From assembly GCA_049325335.1 (NCBI GenBank), contig JBMOMC010000045.1, forward strand, positions 114,032 to 178,031: a stretch of DNA of 64,000 bases, in the 5' to 3' direction. The notes under the pieces are model-generated. The model searched no databases, was not told the DNA's origin, and saw nothing but the letters and a program-made list of their open reading frames with translations. Positions 1 through 11,376 of this stretch are shown here, one piece after another; position 1 is the first letter of the stretch, and every line of letters starts with the position of its first letter. Source of the stretch: Nitrospirota bacterium. Its GTDB lineage: Bacteria > Nitrospirota > Nitrospiria > 2-01-FULL-66-17. Position numbers and translations under genes: made by a program.

Positions 1-596
1 TCACCGCGCGACCCGCGCAGGCGATCGCCCAGGCGGCACAGTTCCCGAAAATATGGCCGTGCCATTTCCGGATCATCACCCGCCGGAGGAATCGCCATCA
101 ACCCGTCGATTCGGAGATGGCGGCATGGCGCGAGTCCGCTCCACAAGGGCTCCAGGTCCGAGGGCGCCACGCCGCCTTTCTGCGGCTCGCGACCGATGTT
201 CACTTGGAGGAGCACGCGCTGGACGATCCCGGCCCGCGCCGCGACGTCGTCGATCGCGAGCCCCAGCCGGACGCTGTCCACCGATTGAATGAGAAAAAAC
301 CGCCCGACGGCGGCGCGAACCTTGTTGGTCTGCAAGCGGCCGATGAGGTGCCACGACCAATCGCCGACGCCTTGGTCCCCGAGAACGGTCATCTTGTCGA
401 TCGCTTCGTGAACGCGATTCTCACCGAAGTCGGAGAGCCCGGCGGCCGCGGCGGCGCGAATCGCGTCGAGACCGATCCCTTTGGACACGCCGATCAACCG
501 CAGGTCATCCGGATCACGCCCGGCACCCGCCGCGGCGCGCGCAATCCGCGAACGAACGTCCGCAAGGCGCTCGGCAACGGTCTCCGTCGCCATCAT
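1..596 (-). CDS. yggS: YggS/PLPBP pyridoxal phosphate homeostasis protein (3' end runs off the window)
   Basis: Not in the ORF track because it has no stop in the window. Manual translation from ATG at 596: MMATETVAERLADVRSRI...LIGVSK...FGENRVHE...WHLIGRLQTNKV...IQSVDS...LLQVNIGREPQKGG...GLMAIPP, the YggS motifs. Follows pgeF, its usual position. Confidence 0.93.
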   Translation of the reverse strand, partial: MMATETVAERLADVRSRIARAAAGAGRDPDDLRLIGVSKGIGLDAIRAAAAAGLSDFGENRVHEAIDKMTVLGDQGVGDWSWHLIGRLQTNKVRAAVGRFFLIQSVDSVRLGLAIDDVAARAGIVQRVLLQVNIGREPQKGGVAPSDLEPLWSGLAPCRHLRIDGLMAIPPAGDDPEMARPYFRELCRLGDRLRGSRG

Positions 597-1327
597 GCAC
601 GCGGTCCGACGCGCACCGCGCTCAACATGCCCGGCGGCCGTCGCCCTTCCCGACGATACGACGAAAACCGCGACGGATCGCACCGGGTACACAGTCCCAG
701 CGCGGTCACGCGCGTCGACTGCAAACCCGCCTCCTCCAACTGCCATCGGACGAACGCGCCCAGATCGACGTACCCCTTGTCCCCGGATCGTCGCGCGAGC
801 CAGCGTTCCCACCCCGGGATCTTGGACAACGGATCCAGCACCGCGTGCCCCACTTCGAAACAACAGGCCCCGATGTGCGGACCGATCGCGGCGTCGATCC
901 GCGACGGGTCGGCCCCGAAACGGGCCGTCAACGTTCGCACCGCGGCCGGCGCGACCCCCATGAGCGCCCCGCGCCACCCCGCGTGCACCGCGGCCGCGGC
1001 GCGGGCAACCGGATCGTGCAACAGGAGCGGCACGCAATCCGCGGTGGTCACGCCGACCCAGCAATCCGATCGATCGGTAGCCACGCCGTCGGCATCGGCC
1101 GACGCAACCTCGGCCTGCCACCGCGGGGCGTCGTGTTCCCCGGACGGCACAACCAACACCCCGTCCTTATGCACCTGTCGCGCGGTGAGGACGGGCGCGC
1201 CTCCGATCGACCGCACGGCGGAAGCCGGAAAGCGCCGGGTGCCGAACCGGTGCGGCGCGGAGAAGCGGTCCAGGACGATCCACTCCCCGTCCGGCCCGGT
1301 TTCGACGCGATGCGCAGCGATCGACAC
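593..1327 (-). CDS. pgeF: PgeF/YfiH peptidoglycan editing factor (purine nucleoside phosphorylase-like, laccase domain)
   Basis: QVH, TADCVPLL, AVHAGWRG, IGPHIGACCFEVG, CTRC...FSSYRR motifs; downstream of ftsZ. Confidence 0.92.
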   Translation of the reverse strand: MSIAAHRVETGPDGEWIVLDRFSAPHRFGTRRFPASAVRSIGGAPVLTARQVHKDGVLVVPSGEHDAPRWQAEVASADADGVATDRSDCWVGVTTADCVPLLLHDPVARAAAAVHAGWRGALMGVAPAAVRTLTARFGADPSRIDAAIGPHIGACCFEVGHAVLDPLSKIPGWERWLARRSGDKGYVDLGAFVRWQLEEAGLQSTRVTALGLCTRCDPSRFSSYRREGRRPPGMLSAVRVGPRA

Positions 1328-1330
1328 GCG

Positions 1331-2494
1331 TTAGTCCAATTGTTTGCGAAGGAAGGTCGGCACGTCCCACTCGTCCTCGGTTAACCCGTCTCGCGATTTC
1401 ACCCCGCTCGATTTGCGAAGCGGCGGAATCGCCTCGATCGACAACGTGCGGGACGACGCCGAGACGATCGGTCCGGTCATGGGCGCGAGCACGCCCCCGT
1501 CGCCCGCGGGGCGCGCGGTCGGCGCCGTGGGCGGCGCGTCGAACCCGGTGGCGATGACGGTGACCAGAATGTCCTCTCCCATCTGCTCGTTGACCACGGA
1601 TCCGAAAATGATGTTGGCGTCCTGGTCCGCGGCCTCCTGGATAATGGAGGAGGCTTCGGTGACCTCATGCAACGACAGGTCGGCACCGCCCGTGATATTG
1701 ATCAACACGCCGCGCGCGCCCTGGATGGAGCCGTCTTCCAGCAACGGGCTCGCGATCGCGCGCTGGGCGGCTTCCACCGCGCGGTGTTCGCCGCGGGCCC
1801 GACCCATGCCCATCACGGCCCGACCCATATGCGTCATGATCGCCCTCACGTCGGCGAAATCCACGTTCACCAAGCCGGGCACCGTGATCACCTCGGAGAT
1901 TCCCTGCACTGCTTGGCGCAAGATATCATCGGCGACCGCGAACGCGCGTGTCAAGGGCGTGCCCTTTTCCACCACGCTCAACAACCGCTGATTCGGAATG
2001 ACCAGCATCGTGTCGCACGACGAGCGCAATTCGCGTACGCCGTCCTCGGCCTGGCGCATCCGGCGCGCCCCCTCGAACGTGAACGGCTTGGTCACCACCG
2101 CCACGGTTAATGCGCCCGCTTCCTTGGCAATGCCCGCGATCACCGGCGCGGCGCCGGTCCCGGTCCCCCCGCCCATGCCCGCGGTGATGAACACCATGTC
2201 CGCGCCGGAGAGAATTTCGCGGATGCGTTCGGTGTCCTCCAACGCCGCGTCGCGTCCCACTTGCGGGTTGGCGCCGGCGCCGAGCCCCTTGGTCAGGCGA
2301 GTGCCCAACTGGATCTTGGTGCCGGCCGGGGACGAGCGCAACACTTGGAGATCGGTGTTGGCCACCACGAACTCCACCTGCCCCAATCCGCCCGCGATCA
2401 TGGTCGAAATCGCGTTGCACCCTCCGCCTCCGACCCCCATCACGATGATACGCGCGGGCATCCGTTCCTGCGTCTCGTCATCGAATAGAAACAT
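1331..2494 (-). CDS. ftsZ: Cell division protein FtsZ
   Basis: [18 protein letters not shown] tubulin motif, NVDFADV, C-terminal core peptide DVPTFLRK. Confidence 0.99.
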   Translation of the reverse strand: MFLFDDETQERMPARIIVMGVGGGGCNAISTMIAGGLGQVEFVVANTDLQVLRSSPAGTKIQLGTRLTKGLGAGANPQVGRDAALEDTERIREILSGADMVFITAGMGGGTGTGAAPVIAGIAKEAGALTVAVVTKPFTFEGARRMRQAEDGVRELRSSCDTMLVIPNQRLLSVVEKGTPLTRAFAVADDILRQAVQGISEVITVPGLVNVDFADVRAIMTHMGRAVMGMGRARGEHRAVEAAQRAIASPLLEDGSIQGARGVLINITGGADLSLHEVTEASSIIQEAADQDANIIFGSVVNEQMGEDILVTVIATGFDAPPTAPTARPAGDGGVLAPMTGPIVSASSRTLSIEAIPPLRKSSGVKSRDGLTEDEWDVPTFLRKQLD

Positions 2495-2526
2495 GCCGGC
2501 TCCCTCCTTGATTATTGGGACTCACC

Positions 2527-3774
2527 CTAAAAAAATTCCTGCGCCCAGTCCTTCATTTTCCTCACCACGCGTTGCCACCCTCCGCCCCCGTTGCGCGAGG
2601 CGCGGGTGGGTTCGCGGTGTTTGGCTCCATAGAGGATCAGCCCGACGCCGGTCGCGTACATCGGACTGTTGACGATATCGACCACCCCGCCCACGTCGGT
2701 GGGAGACCCGCGTCGGACCGGCAGGTTCATCACCCGCTCGGCCAGCTCCGGCATCCCGTCGAGGATCGACGTCCCGCCGGTGATGACCACGCCCGCCGCC
2801 ACCCGGTCCTCGTACCCCATCTTGCGCAGTTCCTGCGCCACCAACGAAAACATTTCTTCAGCGCGCGGCTCGATGATTTCGGACAAGAGTTGCCGCGAGA
2901 GCACGCGGGGCGGGCGGCCGCCCATGCTGGGGACCTCGATGGTCTCGTGGTCGCGCACCATGGCGGTCGACGCGCAGCCGTACCGGATCTTGATCTTTTC
3001 CGCCTCGTACGCCGGGGTACGTAGCCCGACCGCGATGTCGTTGGTCAGGTGATTGCCGCCGATCCCCAACACCGCGGTGTGCCACACGCCGTTGTCCACG
3101 ATCGTGGCCAGGTCGGTGGTGCCGCCCCCGATATCCACCATCGCCACCCCCAGCTCCCGCTCCTCCGCGGTGAGCACGGCCTCGCTGGAGGCCAGCGGCT
3201 GCAGGATGAGGTCGATGACCTCCAATCCCGCGCGGTTGATCGAGCGCACGATGTTCTGCGCCGAGGTCACCGCGCCGGTGATGATATGGACCTCCACTTC
3301 GAGACGCGTCCCGAACATCCCGGTGGGGTCTTTGATGCCCTCTTGATCGTCCACCGCGAACCCGCGCGGCAACACGTGGAGGATTTCGCGATCCATCGGG
3401 ATGGCCACGGCCTTGGCCGCCTCCACCACGCGTTTGACGTCCGCCGCGGTCACCTCGCGGTTTCGAATCGCGATCACGCCCCGGCTGCTGAAGCCCTTGA
3501 TGTGCGAGCCCGCGATGCCGGTGTACACCGAATTAATCTCCACCCCGGCCATGAGTTCGGCTTCTTCCACCGCTTTTTTGATCGACTCGATCGTGCTCTC
3601 GACGTTGACCACGACGCCCTTGCGGAGCCCGCGGGACGGATGGGTGCCGATCCCGATGATCTTAACGTGCGGACGCTCGCCGGGGAGCGCCCCTTCGGAC
3701 ACCTCCCCCACGATGGCGCAGATCTTCGTCGTTCCCACGTCCAACCCGACGATTATCTGGTCGCGTTTCGCCAT
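2527..3774 (-). CDS. ftsA: Cell division protein FtsA
   Basis: GLDVGTTKI, DIGGGTTD, C-terminal amphipathic helix (WQRVVRKMKDWAQEFF); SD AGGAGG upstream. Confidence 0.98.
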   Translation of the reverse strand: MAKRDQIIVGLDVGTTKICAIVGEVSEGALPGERPHVKIIGIGTHPSRGLRKGVVVNVESTIESIKKAVEEAELMAGVEINSVYTGIAGSHIKGFSSRGVIAIRNREVTAADVKRVVEAAKAVAIPMDREILHVLPRGFAVDDQEGIKDPTGMFGTRLEVEVHIITGAVTSAQNIVRSINRAGLEVIDLILQPLASSEAVLTAEERELGVAMVDIGGGTTDLATIVDNGVWHTAVLGIGGNHLTNDIAVGLRTPAYEAEKIKIRYGCASTAMVRDHETIEVPSMGGRPPRVLSRQLLSEIIEPRAEEMFSLVAQELRKMGYEDRVAAGVVITGGTSILDGMPELAERVMNLPVRRGSPTDVGGVVDIVNSPMYATGVGLILYGAKHREPTRASRNGGGGWQRVVRKMKDWAQEFF

Positions 3775-3822
3775 GTGTTTCCTCCTATCTCGGCGCCGGA
3801 TAATTCCCGGCTGTCTGCGGCT

Positions 3823-4566
3823 CTACAGCGCCCCCGACCACTCGCTGACCACCGCGCGATCCGAAAACCGCACATCCACCATTCGCGGGACCGCGGGGCC
3901 GGACGACGCGGCCTGGATCGCTTGCACGCGGCGCCACTTTTCGGCAAACCTGTCGCGACCGAACCGCACCCGCAGCGCGCCGGGCAATTCCACGATGGGA
4001 TCCTCGGGATGAGATACGTCGATAACCACCGACTCGATCGCGGCCAGCGACACAGCGGCGACGCGGAAGCCCGCCAAAATGTGCGCCGCGGCCGCCAATC
4101 CTTCCGGACGGACGATCGCGCCGCCCCGCACCACCGGGAACCCGCGGTCGATCGCGGTGGGCCCGATCACCAGGCCGTCCGCGTCCAGCAGCACCCGCCC
4201 GCGATCGGTGACGGCCACGGCGGCCGGCACCCGCTCCGTCACGTCGAGCACCACCGCGTGAGGAAATCGTTTGCGTACTGTCACGGCCCGAATCCACGAA
4301 CGGCCGTCGAGCCGCGACGCGATCTGTTCCCCGTCAAGATTCCACAACGACGCCCCCATCGGCACCGCGGCCCATTCGCGAACCTGGCGTTCCGTGAGCC
4401 GCACCGTACCCCGCACATCCACCTGTTCGATCGCGTCCAAGCCGCACAACCCGTCTCGTCCCTCGACCCAACATACGGCGTTCACCGTCCAGCCCGCGAT
4501 CACCACCCCCCCCGCGCACAGCACGACGGACCCCAGGAACCGGCGAACCCGGCCGCGACGCTTCAT
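3823..4566 (-). CDS. ftsQ: Cell division protein FtsQ/DivIB
   Basis: N-terminal TM segment, POTRA-like region (WIRAVTVRKRFPHAVVLDVTER), C-terminal VDVRF; lies between ddl and ftsA; ATGA overlap with the ddl stop. Confidence 0.88.
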   Translation of the reverse strand: MKRRGRVRRFLGSVVLCAGGVVIAGWTVNAVCWVEGRDGLCGLDAIEQVDVRGTVRLTERQVREWAAVPMGASLWNLDGEQIASRLDGRSWIRAVTVRKRFPHAVVLDVTERVPAAVAVTDRGRVLLDADGLVIGPTAIDRGFPVVRGGAIVRPEGLAAAAHILAGFRVAAVSLAAIESVVIDVSHPEDPIVELPGALRVRFGRDRFAEKWRRVQAIQAASSGPAVPRMVDVRFSDRAVVSEWSGAL

Positions 4567-5471
4567 CCCGCGCGCTCCCATGCCCGGCGCACGATCTCGG
4601 CCACCAACTCGTCGAACGACAAGCCCGCCCCGCGCGCGATGTCCGGCAACAAACTGGTCTCGGTCAACCCGGGCAAGGTATTGACCTCCAACACGTAGGG
4701 TGTTCCGGCTTGGTCCACCAGGCAGTCCACCCGTCCGTAGCCCTGCGCGCGCACGGCCCGAAACGCGGACAACCCCGCGTCCAAGGTCCGTTGCATCACG
4801 TCCGGCGGCAACGTGGCCGGGAAAATGTGCTCGGACATGCCCGGCGTGTATTTCGCGGTGTAATCGTAAAACGCGGTTTTGGAACGGATCTCGATCGCGC
4901 CCAGCGCCCGGTCCCCCAGAATCCCGATCTGCACTTCCTTGCCCGCGATGTAGGACTCGATGAGCACGCGCCGGTCGTACCGAAACGCCTCGGCGATCGC
5001 GGCCGGCAACTCCTCGGCCCGCGGCACCAGGCTCACGCCCACGCTCGATCCTTCGCTGTTGGGTTTGACCACCACGGGAAACGGAAACGGCAGCGCCGGC
5101 GGCGTCGGCTCCGTCAGCAGCACGTATCGCGGCACGGGCAGGCCCGCGGCCGCGAACAGGGTCCGGGAAATCAGCTTGTCCATGCCCAACGCGCTTGCCA
5201 ACACGCCCGATCCGGTGTAGGGAATGCCCAACATTTCCAGCAGGCCTTGGATCGTGCCGTCCTCGCCGCGGCGGCCGTGCAGCGCGATGAACGCCAAGCC
5301 CACGCGTTCGCGGGCCAAGCGATCGACCACGGTCGCGTCCACGTCGATGCCCACCGCGTCGATGCGCAGGCGGCGCAACGCGCCCAGCACGGCCTCACCC
5401 GAGCGGAGCGAGACCTCGCGCTCCGCCGAGGTCCCGCCCATCAACACGCCGACCCGCACCGCGATCGTCAT
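4563..5471 (-). CDS. ddl: D-alanine--D-alanine ligase
   Basis: GVLMGGTSAEREVSLRSG, LHGRRGEDGTIQG, EGSSVG, LEVNTLPGLT; start moved to ATG 5471, overlapping the murB stop. Confidence 0.97.
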   Translation of the reverse strand: MTIAVRVGVLMGGTSAEREVSLRSGEAVLGALRRLRIDAVGIDVDATVVDRLARERVGLAFIALHGRRGEDGTIQGLLEMLGIPYTGSGVLASALGMDKLISRTLFAAAGLPVPRYVLLTEPTPPALPFPFPVVVKPNSEGSSVGVSLVPRAEELPAAIAEAFRYDRRVLIESYIAGKEVQIGILGDRALGAIEIRSKTAFYDYTAKYTPGMSEHIFPATLPPDVMQRTLDAGLSAFRAVRAQGYGRVDCLVDQAGTPYVLEVNTLPGLTETSLLPDIARGAGLSFDELVAEIVRRAWERAG

Positions 5472-6385
5472 CCGCGCCCCACCAACCTGACTTCCAACTC
5501 CAACGTCACCCCCTGCTCCCGTTCGATCCGGCCGCCCACGTGACGGATCAAGGCGGTCAGGTCCTTGGCCGTGCCGTCGCCCAGGTTCACCATGAAGTTG
5601 GCGTGCCGCTCCGACACCTGGATCCCCCCGATGCGATATCCCTTCAGCCCCGCGTGGTCGATGAGTTGTCCCGCGGACCGCCCCGGCGGGTTTTTGAAAA
5701 TACACCCCGCGTTGGGCAGGTTAAGCGGTTGCGTGCGCCGCCGATACTCCAAGATGGCCTGCATCCGCGCGTCGATGGCGTCGGGATCGTCTGGCCTCAA
5801 CGCCACCGTTCCTCCCAGTAACACGCCGGACGGGAGGTGCGACTCGCGGTAGCGAAACCCGAGCTTGGCCGCGGGAATCTCGACGACATCGCCCTCCCGC
5901 GTCATCAGCCGAACGCTCTCCAACACGTCGGCGATCTCGCCGTCGCGCGTGCCCGCGTTCATCACGATCGCGCCCCCCACGGTGCCCGGAATCCCGCAGG
6001 CAAATTCGAGCCCGGACAATCCCGCGTCCTTCGCCGCATGCGCCAGCGTCGGGAACAACCCGCCGGATTCCGCGTACAATCGGTTCGCGCCCGCGGGGCG
6101 GATCGCCTTGAGCGCGGAAAGCCGCAGCACCACGCCGGCCACGCCGCGGTCGCGCACCACGACATTGGTGCCGCCCAACACCATCACGGGCGCGCGCGCC
6201 GCGCGCGCGCCCAGCACCGCCGCGCGCAGATCCTCTTCGTCCGCGGGAATGACCAACGCGTCGGCCGGCCCGCCGACCTTCATCGACGTGTATTTGGCCA
6301 GCGGCTCATCGAACCGCACCTCGCCGCGAACCCCGGCCAAGGCCTCACGCAACGTCGGTCTGGCCGCAACGGCCGCGCGCGTCAT
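5468..6385 (-). CDS. murB: UDP-N-acetylenolpyruvoylglucosamine reductase
   Basis: [46 protein letters not shown]; start ATG 6385 overlaps the murC stop. Confidence 0.96.
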   Translation of the reverse strand: MTRAAVAARPTLREALAGVRGEVRFDEPLAKYTSMKVGGPADALVIPADEEDLRAAVLGARAARAPVMVLGGTNVVVRDRGVAGVVLRLSALKAIRPAGANRLYAESGGLFPTLAHAAKDAGLSGLEFACGIPGTVGGAIVMNAGTRDGEIADVLESVRLMTREGDVVEIPAAKLGFRYRESHLPSGVLLGGTVALRPDDPDAIDARMQAILEYRRRTQPLNLPNAGCIFKNPPGRSAGQLIDHAGLKGYRIGGIQVSERHANFMVNLGDGTAKDLTALIRHVGGRIEREQGVTLELEVRLVGRG

Positions 6386-7746
6386 ATTCTCTCCAACAAA
6401 GCGGGTCCCGCTTTCCACACGTCCCCCGCGCCCAGCGTAATCACCATGTCGCCCGGCTGCGCCACCTGCGCCACGCGCTCCACCGCCGAGGCGCGGTTCT
6501 CCACCCAGGACGCGTCGCGGTGCCCGTGTTCGCGGATGCCCGCCACCAACGCCTGCGAGTTGACGCCCTTGATCGGCGGCTCGCCCGCCGCGTACACGTC
6601 GAGCACCAGCAACACGTCGGCCTGATAAAACGCGGTGCAAAAGTCCGCGAACAGATCGCGCGTCCGGGAATACCGGTGGGGCTGAAAAAGCACGATCACG
6701 CGCCGTCCCCAGCCCTCCTTCGCGGCTGCGAGCGTGGCCCGGATCTCGGTCGGATGGTGGCCGTAGTCGTCGACCACGAGCACGCCGCCGCGTTCGCCGC
6801 GGATTTGAAACCGACGCTCCACGCCCGAGAACTGCGCCAAGCCTTCCCGGATCGCGTCCACCGGCAGGTCCAACTCCAGCCCCACCAGGATCGCGGCCAT
6901 GGCGTTGGACACGTTGTGCGTCCCCGGCGCGCTGAGCGAGAATCGGCCCAAATCCGACGAGCCCAACCGGGCGTGAAACTCCGCGCCCTTTTCGCTCAAC
7001 CGGATCGAGGTGGCGGTCAGATCCGCCTGCGGGCTGCGGCCGTAGGTGCGGACTCGTTTCTCGATCTTGGGAATCAGGGCTTGCAGGTTCGGTTCATCCA
7101 GGCACAACACGGCCGCGCCGTAAAACGGCACCTTGTTCACGAAGTCCAGGAACGCGCGTTTGATCTCGTCGAATTCCTTGTAGTGGTCCAAGTGTTCGCG
7201 ATCGATGTTGGTCACCACCGCGATCGTGGGCGAGAGCTTGAGGAACGAGCCGTCGCTCTCGTCCGCCTCCGCCACCAAGAACTCGCCCTGCCCCAGTTTG
7301 GCGTGCCCGCCGAACCGGTTGAGTTTGCCCCCGATCACCGCGGTGGGATCCAGCCCCCCGTGCGCGAGCACGGTGGCGATCATGGACGTGGTCGTGGTTT
7401 TACCGTGGGCGCCCGCCACCGCGATCCCGTATTTGAGCCGCATGAGCTCGGCCAACATTTCCGCGCGCGGGATCACCGGGATCATGCGCGCACGCGCGGC
7501 CGCGACCTCCACGTTGCTCGGCGCAACCGCGGACGAGATCACCACGACCTGCGCGCCCTCGACCTGCTCTGCGCGGTGCCCGATGTACACCGTCCCGCCC
7601 AACGACTCCAAACGACGGGTCACGTCGGAGGCCGCAAGGTCGGACCCGGTCACGCGATACCCGAGCGTGAGCAGCACCTCCGCGATCCCGCTCATCCCGG
7701 ACCCGCCGATGCCCACGAAGTGCAGCCGCTGGATCTTCTTAAACAC
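6382..7746 (-). CDS. murC: UDP-N-acetylmuramate--L-alanine ligase
   Basis: [46 protein letters not shown]. Confidence 0.98.
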   Translation of the reverse strand: MFKKIQRLHFVGIGGSGMSGIAEVLLTLGYRVTGSDLAASDVTRRLESLGGTVYIGHRAEQVEGAQVVVISSAVAPSNVEVAAARARMIPVIPRAEMLAELMRLKYGIAVAGAHGKTTTTSMIATVLAHGGLDPTAVIGGKLNRFGGHAKLGQGEFLVAEADESDGSFLKLSPTIAVVTNIDREHLDHYKEFDEIKRAFLDFVNKVPFYGAAVLCLDEPNLQALIPKIEKRVRTYGRSPQADLTATSIRLSEKGAEFHARLGSSDLGRFSLSAPGTHNVSNAMAAILVGLELDLPVDAIREGLAQFSGVERRFQIRGERGGVLVVDDYGHHPTEIRATLAAAKEGWGRRVIVLFQPHRYSRTRDLFADFCTAFYQADVLLVLDVYAAGEPPIKGVNSQALVAGIREHGHRDASWVENRASAVERVAQVAQPGDMVITLGAGDVWKAGPALLERI

Positions 7747-7755
7747 CGATTGCCC

Positions 7756-8823
7756 TCATCGTTCCACCAACGCCAAACATGCGGCCGCGATGCGTTGGCC
7801 CGCGTCGGGCCGCCCCAAGCCGCGGCTGGCCGCGGCCATGCGCGTCAGACGCGGACGGTCCGCGAGCAGCCCCGCGATCACCTCCCCGAGCGCCGCGCCC
7901 GTCAGGTCGCGCTCCAATATCATGAGTCCGGCGCCCGCCGCCTCCACCGCGCGGGCGTTCTGTTCCTGGTGCCCGTGCGCCGCGTGCGGGTACGGGATCA
8001 AGATCGCCGGCCGTCCGCAGGCGGTCAGTTCCGCCACGGTGGTCGCGCCCGCGCGCGCCACCACCAACGCGGCGCGGGCGTAAGCCGCGCCCATGTCGTC
8101 CACGTACGGCGTCACCGCGGCCGCGACGCCCGACGCGTCGTAGGCCTGCTTGGTCTCGGCAAAATCCGCCTGACCGGTTTGATGCACGATCGACAGACCC
8201 GCGATCTTGGACAACGCGGGCAACGCGCCGACCACGGCGCGATTGATCGCCCGCGCGCCCTGGCTGCCCCCGAACACCAGGATCGACGGCGCATCCGGCA
8301 ACGCGGTTCGCCCCGCGGACACCACCGCCGGGCGGACCGGATTGCCCAACACCTCCACCCGCCCCCGGAACGCGGCCCGCGACTCCTCGAACGACGCCAC
8401 CACCAAGTCGGCGATCGGGGCCAGCCACCGGTTCGTCACGCCCGGCAGCACGTTCTGTTCCAGGAGCACGATCGTACGCCGCAAGAGCCTGGCCGCCGCA
8501 ATGGTCGGGCCCGCCGCGTAACCGCCCACGCCCACCACCAGATCGGGCCGAAACCGTCGGAGCACGGTGACCGCTTCCCGCAACGCCATGGGCAACCGCG
8601 CAATCGTGGCCGCCGCGCGCACGACCCCTCGTCCCACCAACCCTTGCACCCGAATCGTGGCCAATTCAAACCCTTCGCGCGGCACAACCCGAGCCTCCAA
8701 GCCGCGCTCGGTCCCGACAAAGAGCACGGACGAGCCGGGACGAGCCCGCACGAACTCGTGCGCCAGCGCGATCCCCGGATACACGTGCCCGCCGGTTCCG
8801 CCGCCCGCGATTACCACGCGCAT
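7756..8823 (-). CDS. murG: Undecaprenyl-PP-MurNAc-pentapeptide GlcNAc transferase
   Basis: AGGGTGGHVYP, GGYAAGP, EQNVLPG, GNPVR, GGSQGA, HQEQNA. Confidence 0.97.
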   Translation of the reverse strand: MRVVIAGGGTGGHVYPGIALAHEFVRARPGSSVLFVGTERGLEARVVPREGFELATIRVQGLVGRGVVRAAATIARLPMALREAVTVLRRFRPDLVVGVGGYAAGPTIAAARLLRRTIVLLEQNVLPGVTNRWLAPIADLVVASFEESRAAFRGRVEVLGNPVRPAVVSAGRTALPDAPSILVFGGSQGARAINRAVVGALPALSKIAGLSIVHQTGQADFAETKQAYDASGVAAAVTPYVDDMGAAYARAALVVARAGATTVAELTACGRPAILIPYPHAAHGHQEQNARAVEAAGAGLMILERDLTGAALGEVIAGLLADRPRLTRMAAASRGLGRPDAGQRIAAACLALVER

Positions 8824-8857
8824 CCCGACGCTCCGTCGCGGAAACCGGTTAAGCGCC

Positions 8858-10015
8858 TCATCCCTTGATTCCCCGCTGTCGCGAGACATTGAACACGATC
8901 CCGACCGCAAACAGATTCGCGACCAACGACGAGCCCCCGTAACTCACCAACGGCAACGGAAGCCCCTTGGTCGGCAACATCCCCGTGGCCACCCCGATGT
9001 TCAGGGCCGCGGCCAACCCGATCGTGGTCGCCAACCCGAAGGCCAGCAAACGCCCGAACGGGTCCGCGGTCGCCAGCGCCACCCGCCACCCGCGCCACAA
9101 TAACACGGCGAACAACGCCAAAACCGCCAAGGTGCCCAACAACCCCAGTTCCTCCCCCACCACCGAATAAATAAAATCGGTATGCGGCTCCGGGAGGAAA
9201 AACAGTTTTTGCCGCCCTTCCCCCAGTCCGGCGCCGGTCGCCCCGCCGCCCCCGAACGCGAGCATGGACTGGATCACCTGAAAACCCGAATCGTTCGCGT
9301 CGCTCCACGGATCCAGAAACGCGGTCCACCGGCGGCGCCGATACGCCGTGCTCAACACCGCGTACGCCACCAGCGGAGCCGCGCACGCCGCCAAGGCGCC
9401 CAGGTGCGACAGACGCGCGCCCCCGAGCACGCACAACGCCGCGGTCACGGTCGCGAGCACCACGGCGTTCCCCAGATCCGGCTCCGCCAGAATCAATCCG
9501 ACGCCCACCCCGACGACCACGAGCAGCGGCGCCAGGGACTTGAACGACCGGATCGTCTCCTCCCGCTTCGCCAACATGTGCGCCGCGTAGACGATGAACA
9601 CGACCCGCGCGAACTCCGACGGCTGGATGGTGAACCCCGCCGCGCGCAGCCAGCGTCGCGACCCGTTGACCGACCACCCGGCCGCGAGCACCACGGCCAG
9701 GAGCGCGATCATGCCCAACGTGAGCGGCGCCACGACCCGACGCCACGTATGGTAATCGATCCGCGCACCCACACCGAACGCGGCCAGGCCCACCAAGGCC
9801 CATGCCGCTTGGCGGAACAGAAAGTACGTCGCGTCGCCGTACCGCGTGGTCGCGATCGCGGAACTGGCGCTGTAAATCATGACGAGCCCGATCACCACCA
9901 ACACCCCGGCCGTGAACGCCAACGCGTGGTCGCCGCGGCCCCACGCGCGAGGCGTCCAATACCCGCCGAACCACCCCCACCCGGCCGCGGCCGGACGAGA
10001 CGATCGCGCGTTCAC
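8858..10015 (-). CDS. ftsW: SEDS peptidoglycan polymerase FtsW
   Basis: Polytopic membrane protein; NGSRRW, QPSEFAR, EPDLG, LPEPHTDFI, PTKGLPLPLVSYGGSS. Confidence 0.96.
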   Translation of the reverse strand: MNARSSRPAAAGWGWFGGYWTPRAWGRGDHALAFTAGVLVVIGLVMIYSASSAIATTRYGDATYFLFRQAAWALVGLAAFGVGARIDYHTWRRVVAPLTLGMIALLAVVLAAGWSVNGSRRWLRAAGFTIQPSEFARVVFIVYAAHMLAKREETIRSFKSLAPLLVVVGVGVGLILAEPDLGNAVVLATVTAALCVLGGARLSHLGALAACAAPLVAYAVLSTAYRRRRWTAFLDPWSDANDSGFQVIQSMLAFGGGGATGAGLGEGRQKLFFLPEPHTDFIYSVVGEELGLLGTLAVLALFAVLLWRGWRVALATADPFGRLLAFGLATTIGLAAALNIGVATGMLPTKGLPLPLVSYGGSSLVANLFAVGIVFNVSRQRGIKG

Positions 10016-11367
10016 AACGCATGAACCAGCGTTTTGAACCGCCGGCCCCGATCTTCGAAATCGCGGAACAAATCAAAACTCGCGCACGCGGGCGACAAGA
10101 GCACCACGTCGCCGGGCACCGCACTCTCCGACGCGATCCGCACCGCCTCCTCCATTCCGCTCGCCTCCGCGATGGTGGTGACGCCCTCGAAGGCTTGCCG
10201 GAGCTCCGGTCGCGCTTGGCCGAGCAACACCGCTTTTTTGACCCGCCGGGCCACGAGCGGGCGCAACGCGGAAAAATCCGCGCCTTTGGCCACGCCGCCC
10301 GCGATCAAAATGACCGGACTGGTCAGGCTCTCGATGGATTTCTGGACCGCGCCCACGTTGGTGCCCTTGGAGTCGTTGATGTACCGCACATCCCGCAACT
10401 CCCGGACAAACTCCATGCGATGCTCCAGGCCCCGAAACTCCGACAATACGCCCGCGATCACGGCCGGATCGACCCCGCGCAACAGGGCGATCGCGGTCGC
10501 CGCCAGCGCGTTTTCCACGTTATGGACGCCCACGATACGAAGCCGATCGATCGCCAGCACGCGCCCGCTGCGTTCGCCCAGTCGATAGACGATCTCCCCA
10601 GCGTCCACCCACACCGCATCGCCGGCGGGCGCGGTTCGTCGCGAAAAACACACGCGCCGCGCGGCCAGTTTCGCGGTAAACCCGGGATCCATACACGCGG
10701 GGTCATCCGCATTGAGCACCGCGGCGTCCTCGGATGTTTGCCGTTCAAAAATACGCCACTTCGCGGCCGCGTAGGACCCGAAGTCCGGGTATCGGTCCAA
10801 GTGATCCGGCGTCACGTTCAACAACGCGGCCACCGAGGGATGAAACGTGGCGACGGTCTCCAACTGAAAACTGGACACCTCCGCCACGATCTCCCCCCAC
10901 GCCGCGCCGGGCACGGTCGCCTCGGAGAGCGGCACCCCGTAATTGCCGCCCACGAACGTGCGCCGCCCCGCGGCCGCACACATCTCGCCGGCAAGCGCGG
11001 TGGTGGTGCTCTTCCCGTTACTCCCGGTAATCGCGCTGATCGGCGCGGACACGAACCGCGAGGCCAATTCCAGCTCGCTCCAAATCGGGACCCCACGGGC
11101 CCGCGCGGCCTGCAGCGGGGGACTGGCCAGCGGCACGCCCGGGCTCAACACGATCAGGCCCGCGCCCCGGAACGCCTCGTCGGGATGCCCGCCCAAAAAC
11201 CACGCGACCTCCCCGAGGGCAAACCCCGCTGTCCATTCGGTCAGTTCCCCGGCCGGCCGCCGGTCGGTCACCGACACCACCGCGCGTTCTCGCAGCAGCA
11301 ACCGGACCGCCGCCGCCCCGCTTCGCGCCAGCCCCACCACGGTCACCCGATTACCTTTGAGATCCAC
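10012..11367 (-). CDS. murD: UDP-MurNAc-L-Ala--D-glutamate ligase
   Basis: GLARSG, TGSNGKSTT, EVSSFQL, DHLDRY, NDSKGTN, LLSPACASFD. Confidence 0.98.
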   Translation of the reverse strand: MDLKGNRVTVVGLARSGAAAVRLLLRERAVVSVTDRRPAGELTEWTAGFALGEVAWFLGGHPDEAFRGAGLIVLSPGVPLASPPLQAARARGVPIWSELELASRFVSAPISAITGSNGKSTTTALAGEMCAAAGRRTFVGGNYGVPLSEATVPGAAWGEIVAEVSSFQLETVATFHPSVAALLNVTPDHLDRYPDFGSYAAAKWRIFERQTSEDAAVLNADDPACMDPGFTAKLAARRVCFSRRTAPAGDAVWVDAGEIVYRLGERSGRVLAIDRLRIVGVHNVENALAATAIALLRGVDPAVIAGVLSEFRGLEHRMEFVRELRDVRYINDSKGTNVGAVQKSIESLTSPVILIAGGVAKGADFSALRPLVARRVKKAVLLGQARPELRQAFEGVTTIAEASGMEEAVRIASESAVPGDVVLLSPACASFDLFRDFEDRGRRFKTLVHAL

Positions 11368-11376
11368 CCGTCACCG

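Noticed and set aside
76..360. ORF-track 94-aa minus ORF suggesting a frameshifted yggS
   Set aside because: yggS reads open from 596 to the window edge in a different frame
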